A stretch of DNA of 63,727 nt, the filler included, from Folioceros fuciformis (Eukaryota), in assembly GCA_049999805.1 (NCBI GenBank). It is 16 parts of 16 records of this genome, joined end to end, with 100 filler letters (N's around TTAATTAATTAA, not from the genome) between each part and the next. Parts side by side here need not be neighbours in the genome. Positions count along the whole stretch, not along the records: positions 1 to 2,604 come from JBNGIO010003674.1; positions 2,705 to 5,246 come from JBNGIO010003675.1; positions 5,347 to 15,701 come from JBNGIO010003676.1; 13 more parts are not named here. One strand, given 5' to 3'. The translations under genes were made by a program, and so were the position numbers. Position 1 is the first letter of the stretch; each line of letters starts with the position of its first letter. Below the pieces are notes generated by a model. That model worked only from the letters and a program-made list of their open reading frames with translations, was not told where the DNA came from and did not search any database. This document shows positions 1-11,961 of this stretch, one piece after another.

Positions 1-1437
1 CTGCTGGAGTGGAGGGAGAGCTTCTCCTTCCCTTATTCCCTGAGTTGGTTGACTGCATTTTTAATCTGGAGTTGAAGAGAGTGTGAGTTGAGAAGGAGAA
101 GGAGTGTGTGAGAGAAGAGAGTGTGTGAAGAAGAATAAGTGTTGGAGAATGCATGAGAAGAGTGAGTAAGAAGAGGAGGAGAAGGAGGCTGAGGAGCTTG
201 AGTGAGTTGAGAAGAAGAGAGTGAGGATTGATTTTTGTCTGTAGCTGAGAAGAGGGGGACGAATCCACCGCTGCTGGAGTGGAGGGAGATTTCCTCCTTC
301 CCTTATTCCCTGAACCATCAGCTGCGTGNNNNNNNNNNNNNNNNNNNNNNNNNNNNNNNNNNNNNNNNNNNNNNNNNNNNNNNNNNNNNNNNNNNNNNNN
401 NNNNNNNNNNNNNNNNNNNNNNNNNNNNAAGGCTACTGATGTTGCTGTAAGATTGCTGGAGACATTGTTGAAGAGCTGGAGAAAACGGCTGAGAAGATTG
501 CAGGAGAATGGAGGAGGAATGCTGAAGATTGGATGCGAAATCTGGAGAGTTGCTGCGAGATTTCGAAGTGTTTGTGAGCGGCTATGGAAGCCTATGGAAA
601 CCCATGAGAGATTGTGAGGGATTGTGAGGAGTTGTGAAGGATTTGTTGGAGATTGGTGGGCATTGCTGAAGATTGAAGCCCTTGGGGGCAGGCCTGTGAG
701 AATAATTGTGATCCAGAGCTCTTATGTGTGTTTGGTATGTGTGTGGAGTGTTGCATGAGTGAGTGGGGAGGTGTGGCTTATTCGCAAGGCTTTGTTCCCC
801 AAGGATTAGCCCTTGCATGTGTGAGGAGCATGGAATAACCCAGCTCTGTGAGTCTGGAAGGTCTAGGACAGAAACCCGTGGCGGCGCCTGTGCCGGAAAT
901 AATTAGTTAGGGTTTGGGGTGGGACCCACCATGGAGGTAGCCGAAGCGGCTATCGGTAGTTGAAAGACCACGGAGGTAGCCGAAGCGGCTACCGGTAGTT
1001 GAAAGACCACGGAGGTAGCCAAAGCGGCTACCGGTAGTTGAAAGACCACGAAGGTAGCCGAAGCGGCTACCGGTAGTTGAAAGACCACGGAGGTAGCCGA
1101 AGCGGCTACCGGTAGTTGAAAGACCACGGTAGTAGTCCATTGGGGAATGGAGGGTAGCCCAGTGGGCAACCAAGAGTAGTCCAAGGGGGAGGTAGTCCCT
1201 GGAGCGACCGGGTGGTAGGGGAGTCGCCTAGTGGAAGAAGTAAGGGGGCTTGGTAAGGTCCGAGCACTGGACATGTGTGTGTGGGTCAGTCAAGCTTTAG
1301 GTGTTAGCTGACTTTAGAAGCTAACCTGTGTAGTTTAACACAAATCATTCCCTTGGGATCGAATCCCAGAGCTACAACGACATAGAGGGCTTGTGTGGAC
1401 CTCGCGGTACCCCCGGGTACCATATTTTTCCCCCACA
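1..1437 (+). mobile_element. Large LTR, family A (3' portion, ends ...TTTTTCCCCCACA)
   Basis: Non-coding and ends in CA. The terminal ~95 nt recur inverted at 2510-2604, diverged at ~19336-19437, and inverted with the longer body at 30707-32100. Internal subrepeat GGGGGACGAATCC...CCCTTATTCCCT. Confidence 0.75.
928..1129 (+). repeat. 39-bp tandem repeat x5 with an internal hairpin
   Basis: Unit ACCACGGAGGTAGCCGAAGCGGCTACCGGTAGTTGAAAG starts at 928, 967, 1006, 1045 and 1084. Stem-loop GGTAGCCG-AAG-CGGCTACC. Confidence 0.95.
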
Positions 1438-2509
1438 TGACGTCAAGGCACCCTATCTAACATGCAAAGAAGATCAGCCATTGCGGATCTTGCCACATAG
1501 ATCTTGGCAACCTAGGGATCCACCACATCCCCCTAGTGGCAAGGAGATCAAGCCCAAGGTGCACTCTCACATTGGATCATTGTCCTAATCCGGCAGCTTG
1601 CACACAAGGGACACGGGGAATCACACCAAAAGGCTACCCCTCCTCAATAACAAACCTGGCCCCTTATGCTATCTTGGCCAAGAGCCCCCATCATTGCCTA
1701 ATAGGGTAAGCATCCCTCCCACACTCAGAAAGATCCCTCCACTCGCCAAAACCCTATCCCTAATTCCGACCTATTCCTAACCCTAACTCCGACCTAATCC
1801 TAACCTAGTTTCCTAACTACTTTGCCAAGGAATTCAATCAAAACTCAAACAAAAACAAACACTACCATTTTTCTAGGGGATCCATGCGTCATATGGACTC
1901 CACATACGTCCATAACAAGTTCTTTATCTTTGATCACAAACCCTCTTTCCTTGCATAAATATCTTCATTCCTCATCTGACAGTTGCCGTCTCTCTTCTCT
2001 TGCTTCTACCCCTTCATATTTTTTAGGCCTCTTACTCGTATCCCCATCAAGATTTGCATTCTCAACTTCTTCCTCCCTTTCTCCACCCAAAACACTCACC
2101 CTATGTGGGATCCTTCCTTCATCTTCCAATACACTACCTGAGGTGTGACTCCCCCCCAAACCCTTGACATTCTCTCCTTTCCCATTTATTCTTGGTCGTC
2201 CCACCTTCTCTTAAATCTTTTGTCTATCTTCCATCACCCTTTTCTCAATTCTTCCAACTTCTCTATCCTCAGTCCTAATCCCCGACCTTGGCAACACACA
2301 AGCTCGCCTTACACTCGCTCCTGTTACTCTAATACCCTTGGATATAGGTCTCCTCATGTTGAAAAGTTTAGCACCAGTTCAACAAAATTAACACACTAGA
2401 GTTTGATAACTTTTACAGCTAATCAACTTTTATACTTGTTTGTATCCAAACCAATACGGGAACAATGTAGAATATACTAGCTCAAAAATCGGGAGTCTTG
2501 TAGCATTCC

Positions 2510-2604
2510 TGTGGGGTTAAAATATGGTACCCCGGGGTACCGCGAGGTCCACACAAGCCCTCTATGTCGTTGTAGCTCTGGGATTCGATCCCAAGGGAAT
2601 GATT
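2510..2604 (-). mobile_element. LTR family A 3' end, inverted copy, truncated by scaffold end
   Basis: Near-exact reverse complement of ~1343-1437; starts TGTGGGG on the + strand. Confidence 0.8.
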
Positions 2605-2704
2605 NNNNNNNNNNNNNNNNNNNNNNNNNNNNNNNNNNNNNNNNNNNNTTAATTAATTAANNNNNNNNNNNNNNNNNNNNNNNNNNNNNNNNNNNNNNNN
2701 NNNN
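2605..2704. other. Artificial scaffold linker N44-TTAATTAATTAA-N44 (first of 15)
   Basis: The same 100-nt linker, with stops in all six frames, also starts at 5247, 15702, 18639, 22029, 25034, 27442, 29374, 35251, 45074, 46849, 53805, 56282, 58967 and 60949. Confidence 0.98.
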
Positions 2705-3712
2705 TCTCAGGATAGTCTAAGAGGTGGTAGATCCTTGTGGTGGTAGGGCCAGAAGCTCATTGGTGGCAGGTTGTGCTAGAAGTCTAAATAAGTGGCTGGT
2801 GACAGCCGGCTAGGCTATTAAGATAATATTTCTCAAGTTAGAGAGAGGTGAAGTCAGAGAGAGAGAGAGATAGGCTCCTATAAGATCAGGTGAGCCTGTA
2901 GGAGGAGGGAGTCATTCACTTTTGGGAGTCAGTCTATCTCTTTGTGAGCTCTTGGAGGTCCTCTCTTCATGAGCTCTTNNNNNNNNNNNNNNNNNNNNNN
3001 NNNNNNNNNNNNNNNNNNNNNNNNNNNNNNNNNNNNNNNNNNNNNNNNNNNNNNNNNNNNNNNNNNNNNNNNNNNNNNTCTGGTAGGATCACAAGGTGTA
3101 ATGACCAGGGTGTAGGGGCTTGCCCCTAGCTCTTGATTGTAAAGGGTGTGTCTTTCTCTCGACCTGTCCACTCTTGTTCCTTGCTTGGTCAAGTGCTGTA
3201 GGCCGGCCATGTCTCATGGCGTCTGGTAAGGTTGTGGGGAGGAGATACCCAAGAGGGGAGTGTGTTCCCTTCTTCCTTTCGTTTGGGGTTAGTCTAGTGA
3301 CTCGTGCCGGGTAGGAGGAGTCCGTAGGGAAGTATACAAGGTAGTGGTGTCGTTGCTGGTTGCTAGTAGTTGCTGGTGTTGGTGCTGGAGCGAGAGAGTG
3401 AGTGAAGTGAGTGAAGGAAGATGCAGATCTGAGAGGTTAGAGTCGTTGTAGTGACTGGAGTGAGTTTGTGGGCACCGAGAGAGGTGCAGCTGACCGCCGG
3501 ACAGCGAGGCCTGTCCTACGCCTGATTGGAGCTGGAGGGGAGCCCTCGAATCCATCATCGAGTTCATCAAGTCCGACCCTCCATCCACAGCAGCAAGGAA
3601 CCCCATCGCTCCTTCGTGGGAACGAAACCCAATGTCTCAACGACAGTGGGATAAGTGTGGCCACTAAAGGTGGAATCCGTCGGCAATCAGTGCCCGGGGT
3701 TTTGCCTCCACA
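2705..3712 (+). mobile_element. Large LTR, family B (3' portion, ends ...GGGGTTTTGCCTCCACA)
   Basis: Highly similar to 45174-46014 (+) and 63416-63727 (-). All three copies end at the same CCACA with different flanks. Confidence 0.8.
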
Positions 3713-5246
3713 TCTTCGCATGAAACACTAGATTTTTTGCCAGTTGGATAGCACTCTTGGTATCACAATGCAACACTGGCAGCTCAACCTTGATCCCTAA
3801 ATCTCCCATTAGACGAGCAAGCCACATGGCTTCCTTCCATGCCTCAATCGCTGCAACATACTCGGCCTTTGTGGTAGATAGCGTTATGCACGATTGCAAA
3901 CGCGATCGCCATGAGACTGCCCCTCCAGTGCACATGAAAACATAACCTGATGTGGACCTCCTTTTGTCCATATCCCCTGCATAATCAGCATCCGTATATC
4001 CCACGTTAAATAGATCTTCACCACCAAAACATAAGCACAAAGCTTTCGTACCATTTAAGTACGTCATAACTCCTTTCACTGCCTCCCAATGCTTCCTGCC
4101 AGTGTTTGACATAAACCTGCTAACCACTCCCACTCCAAAAGCAATGTCATGACATGTAGCAATCATCGCATACATCAAACTCCCTATTGCTCATGAGTAT
4201 GGAATTTTCTCCATTTCAGCTTTGTCCTCCGTAGAGCTTGGGCAATCCTTGCCCGATAGTTTCACATATGGAGGCAACGGAGTACTTAATACCTCCCCTT
4301 CTCCATATTGAAACGTTGAAGCACCTTGTTAATGTATTCAATCTGAGACAAGTACAGCAATCGCTTCTGTCTGTCTCGACGAATACGCATGCCAAGAATA
4401 TGGCTTGCGTCTCTCAAGTCTGTCATGTCAAAGTGACCATTCAACTTTGACTTCAACGCTGAAATCTCATCACTGTTAGTCCCAGCAATTAGTATATCAT
4501 CCACATAGAGGACCAGAATGAGCAAGCTTGCATCCTTAGCTTGCTTCGTATAGAGGTAATGATCCTCATCGCTACGCTTGTAGCCTTGAGAAAGCATAAA
4601 TGAGTGGAACTTGAAATACCACTCCCTGGGTGCTTGCTTCAAACCATAAAGGCTCTTCTTTAACCTGCACACTAGATTCTCTTTGCCCTTCTGAATGAAA
4701 CCCTCTGGTTGCTGCATGTATACCTCTTCCTGGAGATCACCATGTAGAAATGTTGACTTCACATCCATTTCAATAAGTTCCATGTCATGCCTCACAACGA
4801 GACCAAGAACATATCGCAAGGTGGTCATTTTGACAACTAGTGAGAAAATCTCATCAAAGTCAACAGCTTACTGTTGCTTAAAACCCTTAGCAACCAATCG
4901 TGCCTTGTACTTGGGTCTGCCATAATGGGGTATGTCCTTCATCTTATACACCCATTTGCATGGCAACGCCTTCTTGCCCGTAGGCAACTGAACCAACTCC
5001 CAAGTTTGGTTCTTGCGGAGCGAATTCATCTGCGACTGCATTGCCTTCTCCCACTTGTCCTTGTCAATCACTGACATGGTCTCTTGGTAACAAGAGGGCT
5101 CCCCACAATCCGTCAGCATGACATAATCAAGAGATGCAACATACCTGTCAGGAGGACGTGAGATCCTTCCTGACCTACGAACCAATGGCACCTGGACCGG
5201 AGCTGGTTGCACTCTCTCCTATTGTACAAGTGGAGGAACTTGTTCC
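3713..5246 (-). mobile_element. Ty1/Copia pol fragment (RT and RNase H), degenerate
   Basis: Motifs YKARLVAKGF, MDVKSTFLHG, LKKSLYGLKQAPR, LYVDD, GYTDADYAGD..RRSTSGY and EYVAA, broken by stops. RNase H is cut at VFHAK by LTR B. Confidence 0.95.
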
Positions 5247-5815
5247 NNNNNNNNNNNNNNNNNNNNNNNNNNNNNNNNNNNNNNNNNNNNTTAATTAATT
5301 AANNNNNNNNNNNNNNNNNNNNNNNNNNNNNNNNNNNNNNNNNNNNCAAGCAGCTATGTACAGCGTGAGCAGTACATGGCGAGCTCCAGACGTAAGGACT
5401 CGAGTCTCTGAGTCCGCTGGAACAAGGTGGGTGGTGGGTCCTATGTTGGGCTCGTCCAGGATACAACATGCATTAGGAACGTATTCCCCACGTCCCAAAC
5501 GAGCCACACTTGCTCATCAGCGTGCAGCGTTGCAGCGCCGGCAGCTCGTCGACAGGCAGCCGGATTTGAACCCTCATTGGGCAAATTTGTTGTGTACGTG
5601 CTGTACTACCGGAATTGGGCTTAAAATCTTTCCACGATTTGCATTGTCAGAGGTACTCAACGTTTCGCTGGGTTACGTCTTGCGTTATCAAAACCGGGAT
5701 CCCGCGGGGAAGGTAGTGCTGGTGCTGGCGTGGGTAACCTAACCTATTGAAGGGGCGAGTACGAAAGGAGGCGTGGTGGTTGTCTTGTCTCGGGTTGGGG
5801 CCAAGTTGCGTGGCG

Positions 5816-6262
5816 ATGGAAAGCAAAGAAGGGAATCCAGTTTTAGCGTCAGGAGGAGCAGGAGGGGAAGCGGCGTGCGGGCAGGTGTCTCAGAGGGTGT
5901 TGGAGGAGGCGGCAGGGTTTGCACTGCCTCTAAATTTCCATGGCAACCTCGTGACTGCAACCACGGACGAGCAGCTCACCGAGGTCCTGTCCAATGCCAT
6001 AACTCGCAAGCGGCCTGCCGTGGTGAACTATGGAGCGTCTTGGTGCCACGCCTGTAAACAAATGCTTCCGACTTTCTGCAACTTGAGCAACGAGCATCCG
6101 TCCTCTCTATTCGTCTATGCGGACATCGACAAGTGCGAGGCCACGACACAGGATGTGCGGTACACTCCAACGTTCAGTTTCTACAGGGACGGAGCCAAGG
6201 TGGACGAGTTCTATGGTGGGGGCGCTCAGAGGCTTCGAGACCGTGTATGGCTCCAGTTCTAG
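5816..6262 (+). CDS. Thioredoxin-like protein 3-3 type, WCHAC active site, single coding exon
   Basis: ATG 5816 to TAG 6262. LPLNFHGNL...AVVNYGASWCHAC...FVYADIDKC...RYTPTFSFYRDG...RLRDRVWL matches the plant thioredoxin-like 3-3 pattern. Confidence 0.88.
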   Translation: MESKEGNPVLASGGAGGEAACGQVSQRVLEEAAGFALPLNFHGNLVTATTDEQLTEVLSNAITRKRPAVVNYGASWCHACKQMLPTFCNLSNEHPSSLFVYADIDKCEATTQDVRYTPTFSFYRDGAKVDEFYGGGAQRLRDRVWLQF

Positions 6263-6979
6263 AGGAATCTCAGCCCATTACGCTGCTCTCCCTCTTAGCA
6301 TTTCGGAATGCCCTGTCGTAGCCCCCGATGTGAGCTTCGGCAATGTACGTTTACTTGTGCAGACTCAAGACGGGGTTTTGTCTCCACTGTCGTCCGTCTC
6401 CTTCATCGTCGTCGATCATTGGGTTTTGTCGAGGCGGAATTTGGAGACGAGAAAGCTAGTTGGTGCACATACAGTTCTGTCCTGAGTGCGGAAATGCTCG
6501 TGGGTCTCAAGGCCAGGGGACCTGTGATTGGGTACACCAATTCAACGGAGACACCCGATTAGGCGGTGAAAACCCGACGAAAAGGTTACACGATACCAAT
6601 ACAATTGCCTGGAATTGCGTGAGACGATAGGTGGTGAATCCTCATCTTACTAAGAATTGTATCGCGTCCCGCACCTCTTTCAGTTGAGGTAAAATCTCAG
6701 CTACAAAAAAACAGAAAGATACCTACTGTGGTGGCAGGTACCTACTGCCACGCGTACTGATCACAAATAACGCCAGTCTTCTTCACCGGAAAGGAACATA
6801 AAACTGAAACATGCTTTCGCAACCCCACATCCAGGGCCTTCAATGACATTCCAGTCCGTCTCCATGCGCCCAACAGGAGCCGGAAGAGAACTGTGAGTGA
6901 GGGCACCAGCAAAAAGAGGCACATGCTAAAAGTCACTGGAACACCCGTTGTCCAAGCATGGACATGTCACTTTGACCGC

Positions 6980-9900
6980 CTAGTCATCAAAGGTTGTCTT
7001 CTTGCCTGGGAAGAGGAGCAAGGTTCTGTCAGAGACGGTCGAAAGGGCTAGCCGACACAACAACTTGCAACACGGAGGCAGAAACTCAGACAACAGACCT
7101 GTGCCTGCTGCAGCAAGATTTACTCTGGCCCTAGGAGNNNNNNNNNNNNNNNNNNNNNNNNNNNNNNNNNNNNNNNNNNNNNNNNNNNNNNNNNNNNNNN
7201 NNNNNNNNNNNNNNNNNNNNNNNNNNNNNNNNNNNNNCCACCTCCACGACCCCCTCCACGACCACCTCCACGGCCGCCTCGTCCTGCAAGCCCAGATATC
7301 GTTTAAACAAACCTCTTGCGCGACGAGACAATAACATTGCACCGTGCGGCCGTTCCAGACAACATACCGCCATCACCACCGCCGAATCCCCCCCGTCCAC
7401 CTCTACCACCGCCTCTTCCTCCACCGCGACCACCTCGGTCCCCACCACTCCCTCCAGCTGGTGCTTGCCCAGCCTCATTTACCACTAACGTTCTACCATT
7501 GAGATCACTTCCGTCATACTCCAATGCCTTGGAAAGTCCATCCTTACTGTCGAACTCAATGTAGGCAAACCTGTAACACGGACAGGGAAACTAGGGTTTC
7601 CATGACCCAGCACTTCGTCCAAATTAAGGCAAATCAATTGATTCTTAGAACTTAAACCAGTAAAGCGAAGTTTAGTACCCCTTTATAGTTCCAGACTCCC
7701 TGTCCGTAGGAATACGGACCGTCACAACATCCCCACATTCACTGAAATGCTCTGTTAATGCATTTCGTATCTGCGATACACGGGGCAAAGCAGCAATCAA
7801 ATAACCGACAATTACTGACAGCCAGTAATCAGTCAAATAAAAATGACTGGCCGCCATAACTTTAGGTAAGTGAAAATAGCACTCACCAAGCCTTCATCTT
7901 GGAACTTGTCAAACCCTTTGACAAAGATGGTTTTGTCGGACCCAGGTCTGGGAGTCCCTGGTGTTCCACTGCAAGTGAAGAAAACTTCCATCAACCAAAA
8001 ATGCTAAGCACATGACCTGCGCTACACATGCAAGCTGATAGTGGTCAGGACAGGACAGGGCGAACAAAACCTACTAACTCACCCGAAGCCCCCAGTTCTT
8101 GGGGTAGTCCGATCACGCTCCTTTGCTAAATCTACCATGATACTCCTACCGGACAAACTTTCCCCGTTTTTCTTGAGAGCCTGCAGCAGGATAATTCAAG
8201 CAAATTCAAAAAGACTATTAGGTTCCCACTAATTGAAGTTCAGAAAGACTATTAGGTTCCCACTAATTGAAGAACCATCTGCTCCAGGACCGTATAATTC
8301 TTGTATAACACCCTATCAAACCAATATAAAAAAAAGGTACAAAGGAGCTACCTTCTCTGCCCCAACTCTGGTCTCAAACTCAATGTGACCAAATCCTCTG
8401 GATTGCCCGTTGTCATTCTGAGCGAGTCTTACATCTGAGATCTCTCCACAGTCCTTGAAAAATTCGTAACTGGTATGAACAAAGCACAAGTCACACTCGC
8501 GTTCATACAATGACTGGGAAATAAACTGCACATGTTATCCTTGGAAACTTCACCATTCACTAAAACTGTGGTGAGAAACGTACAGGGTGTCAGAATCCAC
8601 GGCCCAAGCCAAATTCTTCACAAAGATAGTCTTGCTCCCGTCTGTGTCATCCGCTCCTTTGACCGGGGTCTTAGGCTGTGAAATGAATTAGCATAATTAT
8701 CGCAACTTCAAGATATCCCACATAAGATCACAAAAAATGAAACTGTCCAAGACTCACCTCGACTTTCTGCTTTTTACTCTTGGGTTCGTCCGCCTGCTCA
8801 TTTTCCTCCTCGCTTTCTTCCTCTTCGCTTTCTTCATCCTCGCTTCCATTCTCACTTCCCTTTTTCGCTGCAGATTTTCCATTTTGCACTTTTGATTTTG
8901 CAGGATTTGCTGCAAGTTTGCCTGCAGGTTTTGGAGTTTCCTCTGCATCACTATCTTCCTCATCACTCTCCTCATCATCTTCACTGGACTCAGCTTCAAC
9001 AGTCTTAGCCGGTGGTGTTGCCCGCTTCTTGGCCGCAGCTGGTGTTGATGGCTCCTTAGCTGCAGAAGGCTGGCAAGGGCAAAAGAGAACCAGTTATACA
9101 CTTGGATTAGATTTACGACGCAAACGATCTTGAGAGGAATATCGTGACAAGGAAATCTACCTCTTCTTCGCTATCATCACTATCATCCTCGTCGCTATCA
9201 ACATTGGGGGCTGTCTTTGCTGCTGGCACAGGAGTTTCCTCATCACTGCTTTCATCACTCTCATCCTCATCAGCCACCTTAGTGGTTGCAACTTGCTTCT
9301 CTACGGCCTTCTTGGGCTGCACGTAGACATACAACTACTGACCCACTCAGGAGGGGAGGCAGACACTTGCAAGATCATACAGCAAAGAAAAGAAGACAAC
9401 CCACCTCGTCATCATCACTGTCGTCACTGTCGTCCTCGTCACTGTCATCAACCTCTCCCTTAGGTTTAGCAGCTGCACTAGCTGCTACTGGATTGGGCTT
9501 CGCAGGTACATTTCCAGCAGGCTTCTTGGGCTGGAAAACACAACACCGCTCCGTCACACCCAGATGTCAAAACCAAGGCAGGAAGGTCAGCAGTAAATTT
9601 TTGCTCACATACAGCTTCATCCTCAGAGTCTTCCTCCTCAGATTCATCATCAGATTCCTCCATGGGAACAGGCTTGGTAGCAGGCTGCAAACAGCCCAGG
9701 CATGAAACTCAGTAATGTGCTTGGCTCAGCACGCTGCAACGCTATGCAAACAAAATATCCACACCTCGTCATCGGAATCACTTTCGTCATCACTTTCTTC
9801 ATTGGCCGCAGCTTTCCCATTATCTGCTGGTGCCATTTCCTGCATCCCAAGCCAAACCCTGATCAACCTCCCAAGCAACGATCAACAAATTCACCGGCCG

Positions 9901-11337
9901 GCAGTACAACATCATACTCAAACTCAAACCTCGTCAGAAGACTCATCGCTGCTCTCCTCTTCTACCACAGGTTTCTTCACGACGGAACCCTTTTTCACTG
10001 GTTTGGCAGCTGGAATTTCCTGAATTCAGAAACCAGCAAAGCTTTCTCGAGTTATGACACAAACCGTGAACGAACACTTTGAAACAAAAAACATAACAAC
10101 CACTACCTCATCAGAAGACTCATCACTGCTCTCTTCCTCTGCCACAGGTTTTTTCACGACGGAACCCTTCTTGACCACTGTCTGGTCCTTCTTCACCGGT
10201 TTGGCGGCTGGAGTTTCCTGAATTTAGAAACCAGCAAAGCTTTCTCGAGTCACTACCAGCACAGCAACTTCGAAACAAAAACCCAACAACCACTACCACG
10301 TCGGAAGAATCATCACTGCTCTCGTTTACAACAGGTTCTATCACAACAAATACCTTCTTGACGGCTGTCGAGCCGTTCTTCACTGGTTTGGCAGCTGGAA
10401 TCTCCTGGATATAGAAACCAGCAAGCTTTCTCAAGTTATGACAACCAACGGTGGACAGCGACTTTATAACAAAACCCAACAGCAACCGACTACCTCATCA
10501 TCCGAAGAGTCATCACTGCTCTCCTCTTCTACCACAGGTTTCTTCACGGCAGAACCCTTCTTGACCCCAGTCAGGGTGGTCTTCACAGCCTTGGCAACTG
10601 GTGTTTCCTGAATTGAAGGTAGACGCGGAGGTTTCTCAAGTTAAGACCACAAATTGAGCACGCCCACTTTGAAACAACATCCCAACAACTGCCCTTACCT
10701 CATCAGAAGAGTCGTCATCACTAGACTCTTCCACAGGAGGTTTCTTTGGAGGAGGCGCCTTCTTAGAGGACTTGGATTCCTGTCGAAAGCACAGAACATT
10801 CGCTCCTCAGTCCTCTATCACGCGTGAAGTATCACACCAGCTGGTCGCACAGGCGAACCCTACAAACAAGACTACCACCTTCTCAGCCTTCGCCGGCACC
10901 GCCTTGGCAGGGGCCGCCTTCACCTTCTCCGCCTTCCCGCCATCACCTGAAAAGCCCCAAAGTCAATGAGCCATCGTTCACCACAGAGACAAACAGAACC
11001 ACAAACATGCGCAATTTCACACGGCGAGTGCCCTGAGTGATTCCCAGACATGCGACTCCGAAATCACCTGCCTCGTAATCCTTCCAGTTCAGCTCAGATA
11101 CTCTACAGGCCCGCCCTAGACTACCAAACCTACAGCCATGCACCTGTGCTCGCTGCTAGAAACCGGAAGCGTCGACATACGCTTACACCCCAGCCTAAAC
11201 CCCAGCATAAACCCCAGACACAAACTCTGGCCCTTGCGAGCAGAATCGAGCAGTTGATACATACTCTTCGCTGGAGTGACCTTGGCTGGAGTGACCTTGG
11301 CAACGGCCTCCGTATCATTGCGTCCGCGCTTGGCCAT
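6980..11337 (-). CDS. NUC-L1: Nucleolin (acidic/basic N-terminal repeats, two RRMs, RGG tail), about 20 exons
   Basis: ATG 11337. GT-AG exons with consistent phases: 11337-11265, 10946-10879, 10779-10699, 10607-10494, 10404-10297, 10217-10107, 10019-9930 and onward. RRM1 TIFVKNL/RGFGHIEF, RRM2 TIFVKGFD/KGFAYIEF. The GRGG tail spans an N gap and the protein ends GKKTTFDD* (TAG 6980-6982). Confidence 0.93.
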
Positions 11338-11421
11338 GGTGAATGCGCGGCTGGCTTCTGAAAGGCAGATGGGCACGCCGTGTATTCCACAGAGTCGTGA
11401 AAGGTTCTCGTGTACCAGTTC

Positions 11422-11468
11422 AGCCCATATAGGACTTGGTGGACTTACAAAACCCTAAGATCTTAGGG
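11422..11468. promoter_or_regulatory. Site II motif and telo-box upstream of nucleolin
   Basis: AGCCCA at 11422 and AAACCCTAA at 11450-11458, overlapping the palindrome CCCTAAGATCTTAGGG (11453-11468). This motif pair is typical of plant ribosome-biogenesis gene promoters. Confidence 0.6.
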
Positions 11469-11961
11469 CTGCTCGGTGTTCGACGGCGTTACCGTAATAA
11501 ACTTTTCTGTGACAGAATCTCCAAAGGGAGAGATAATACTGTAGGCGGCAAATATCAAGCGTACAGTAGCTGGCCATGCCAGGTACTTCTTGTGAAGGTA
11601 CATGCGACGTTTTCGCGGTCAGACCACTGTAGTGTGAATTGGGGCCCAACTCGGGCTGTCAATGCGGTCGACATTCGTGTTGGAGGAGACGCATTGCCTG
11701 CGCCTCATAACCAGAGCCTCTCACGAATCACCATACAGTCCTTGCGAATGCCGGTACTCTGCCACTCACGTGCTTGATTCAAAACGACCCAGGGAGGTCC
11801 AGAAGTGTCTGCGTCGGTCAGATGACTGACGTCGTCGTCGTCGGAGTTTGTGCGGGGCTCGAAGGCCCAAGCAGCATTTCGAGCTACACCTGTGAGCAGT
11901 CCGTTGGAGAGACGTGGCTCGGAGGAGACTGATCTTCAAGCTGTCCTGTCGCCAAGGTCTT

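Noticed and set aside
928-1129. CRISPR-like palindromic repeats
   Set aside because: The units are directly adjacent with no unique spacers, there are no cas genes, and the context is a eukaryotic LTR.
1343-2604. Long inverted repeat as the TIRs of one DNA transposon or DIRS element
   Set aside because: Both arms are LTR A 3' ends facing inward. This is better explained as two independent insertions in opposite orientation.
2649-2660. Recurrent TTAATTAATTAA motif
   Set aside because: It is always centred in N runs, so it is an assembly linker. Adjacency across linkers has no biological meaning.
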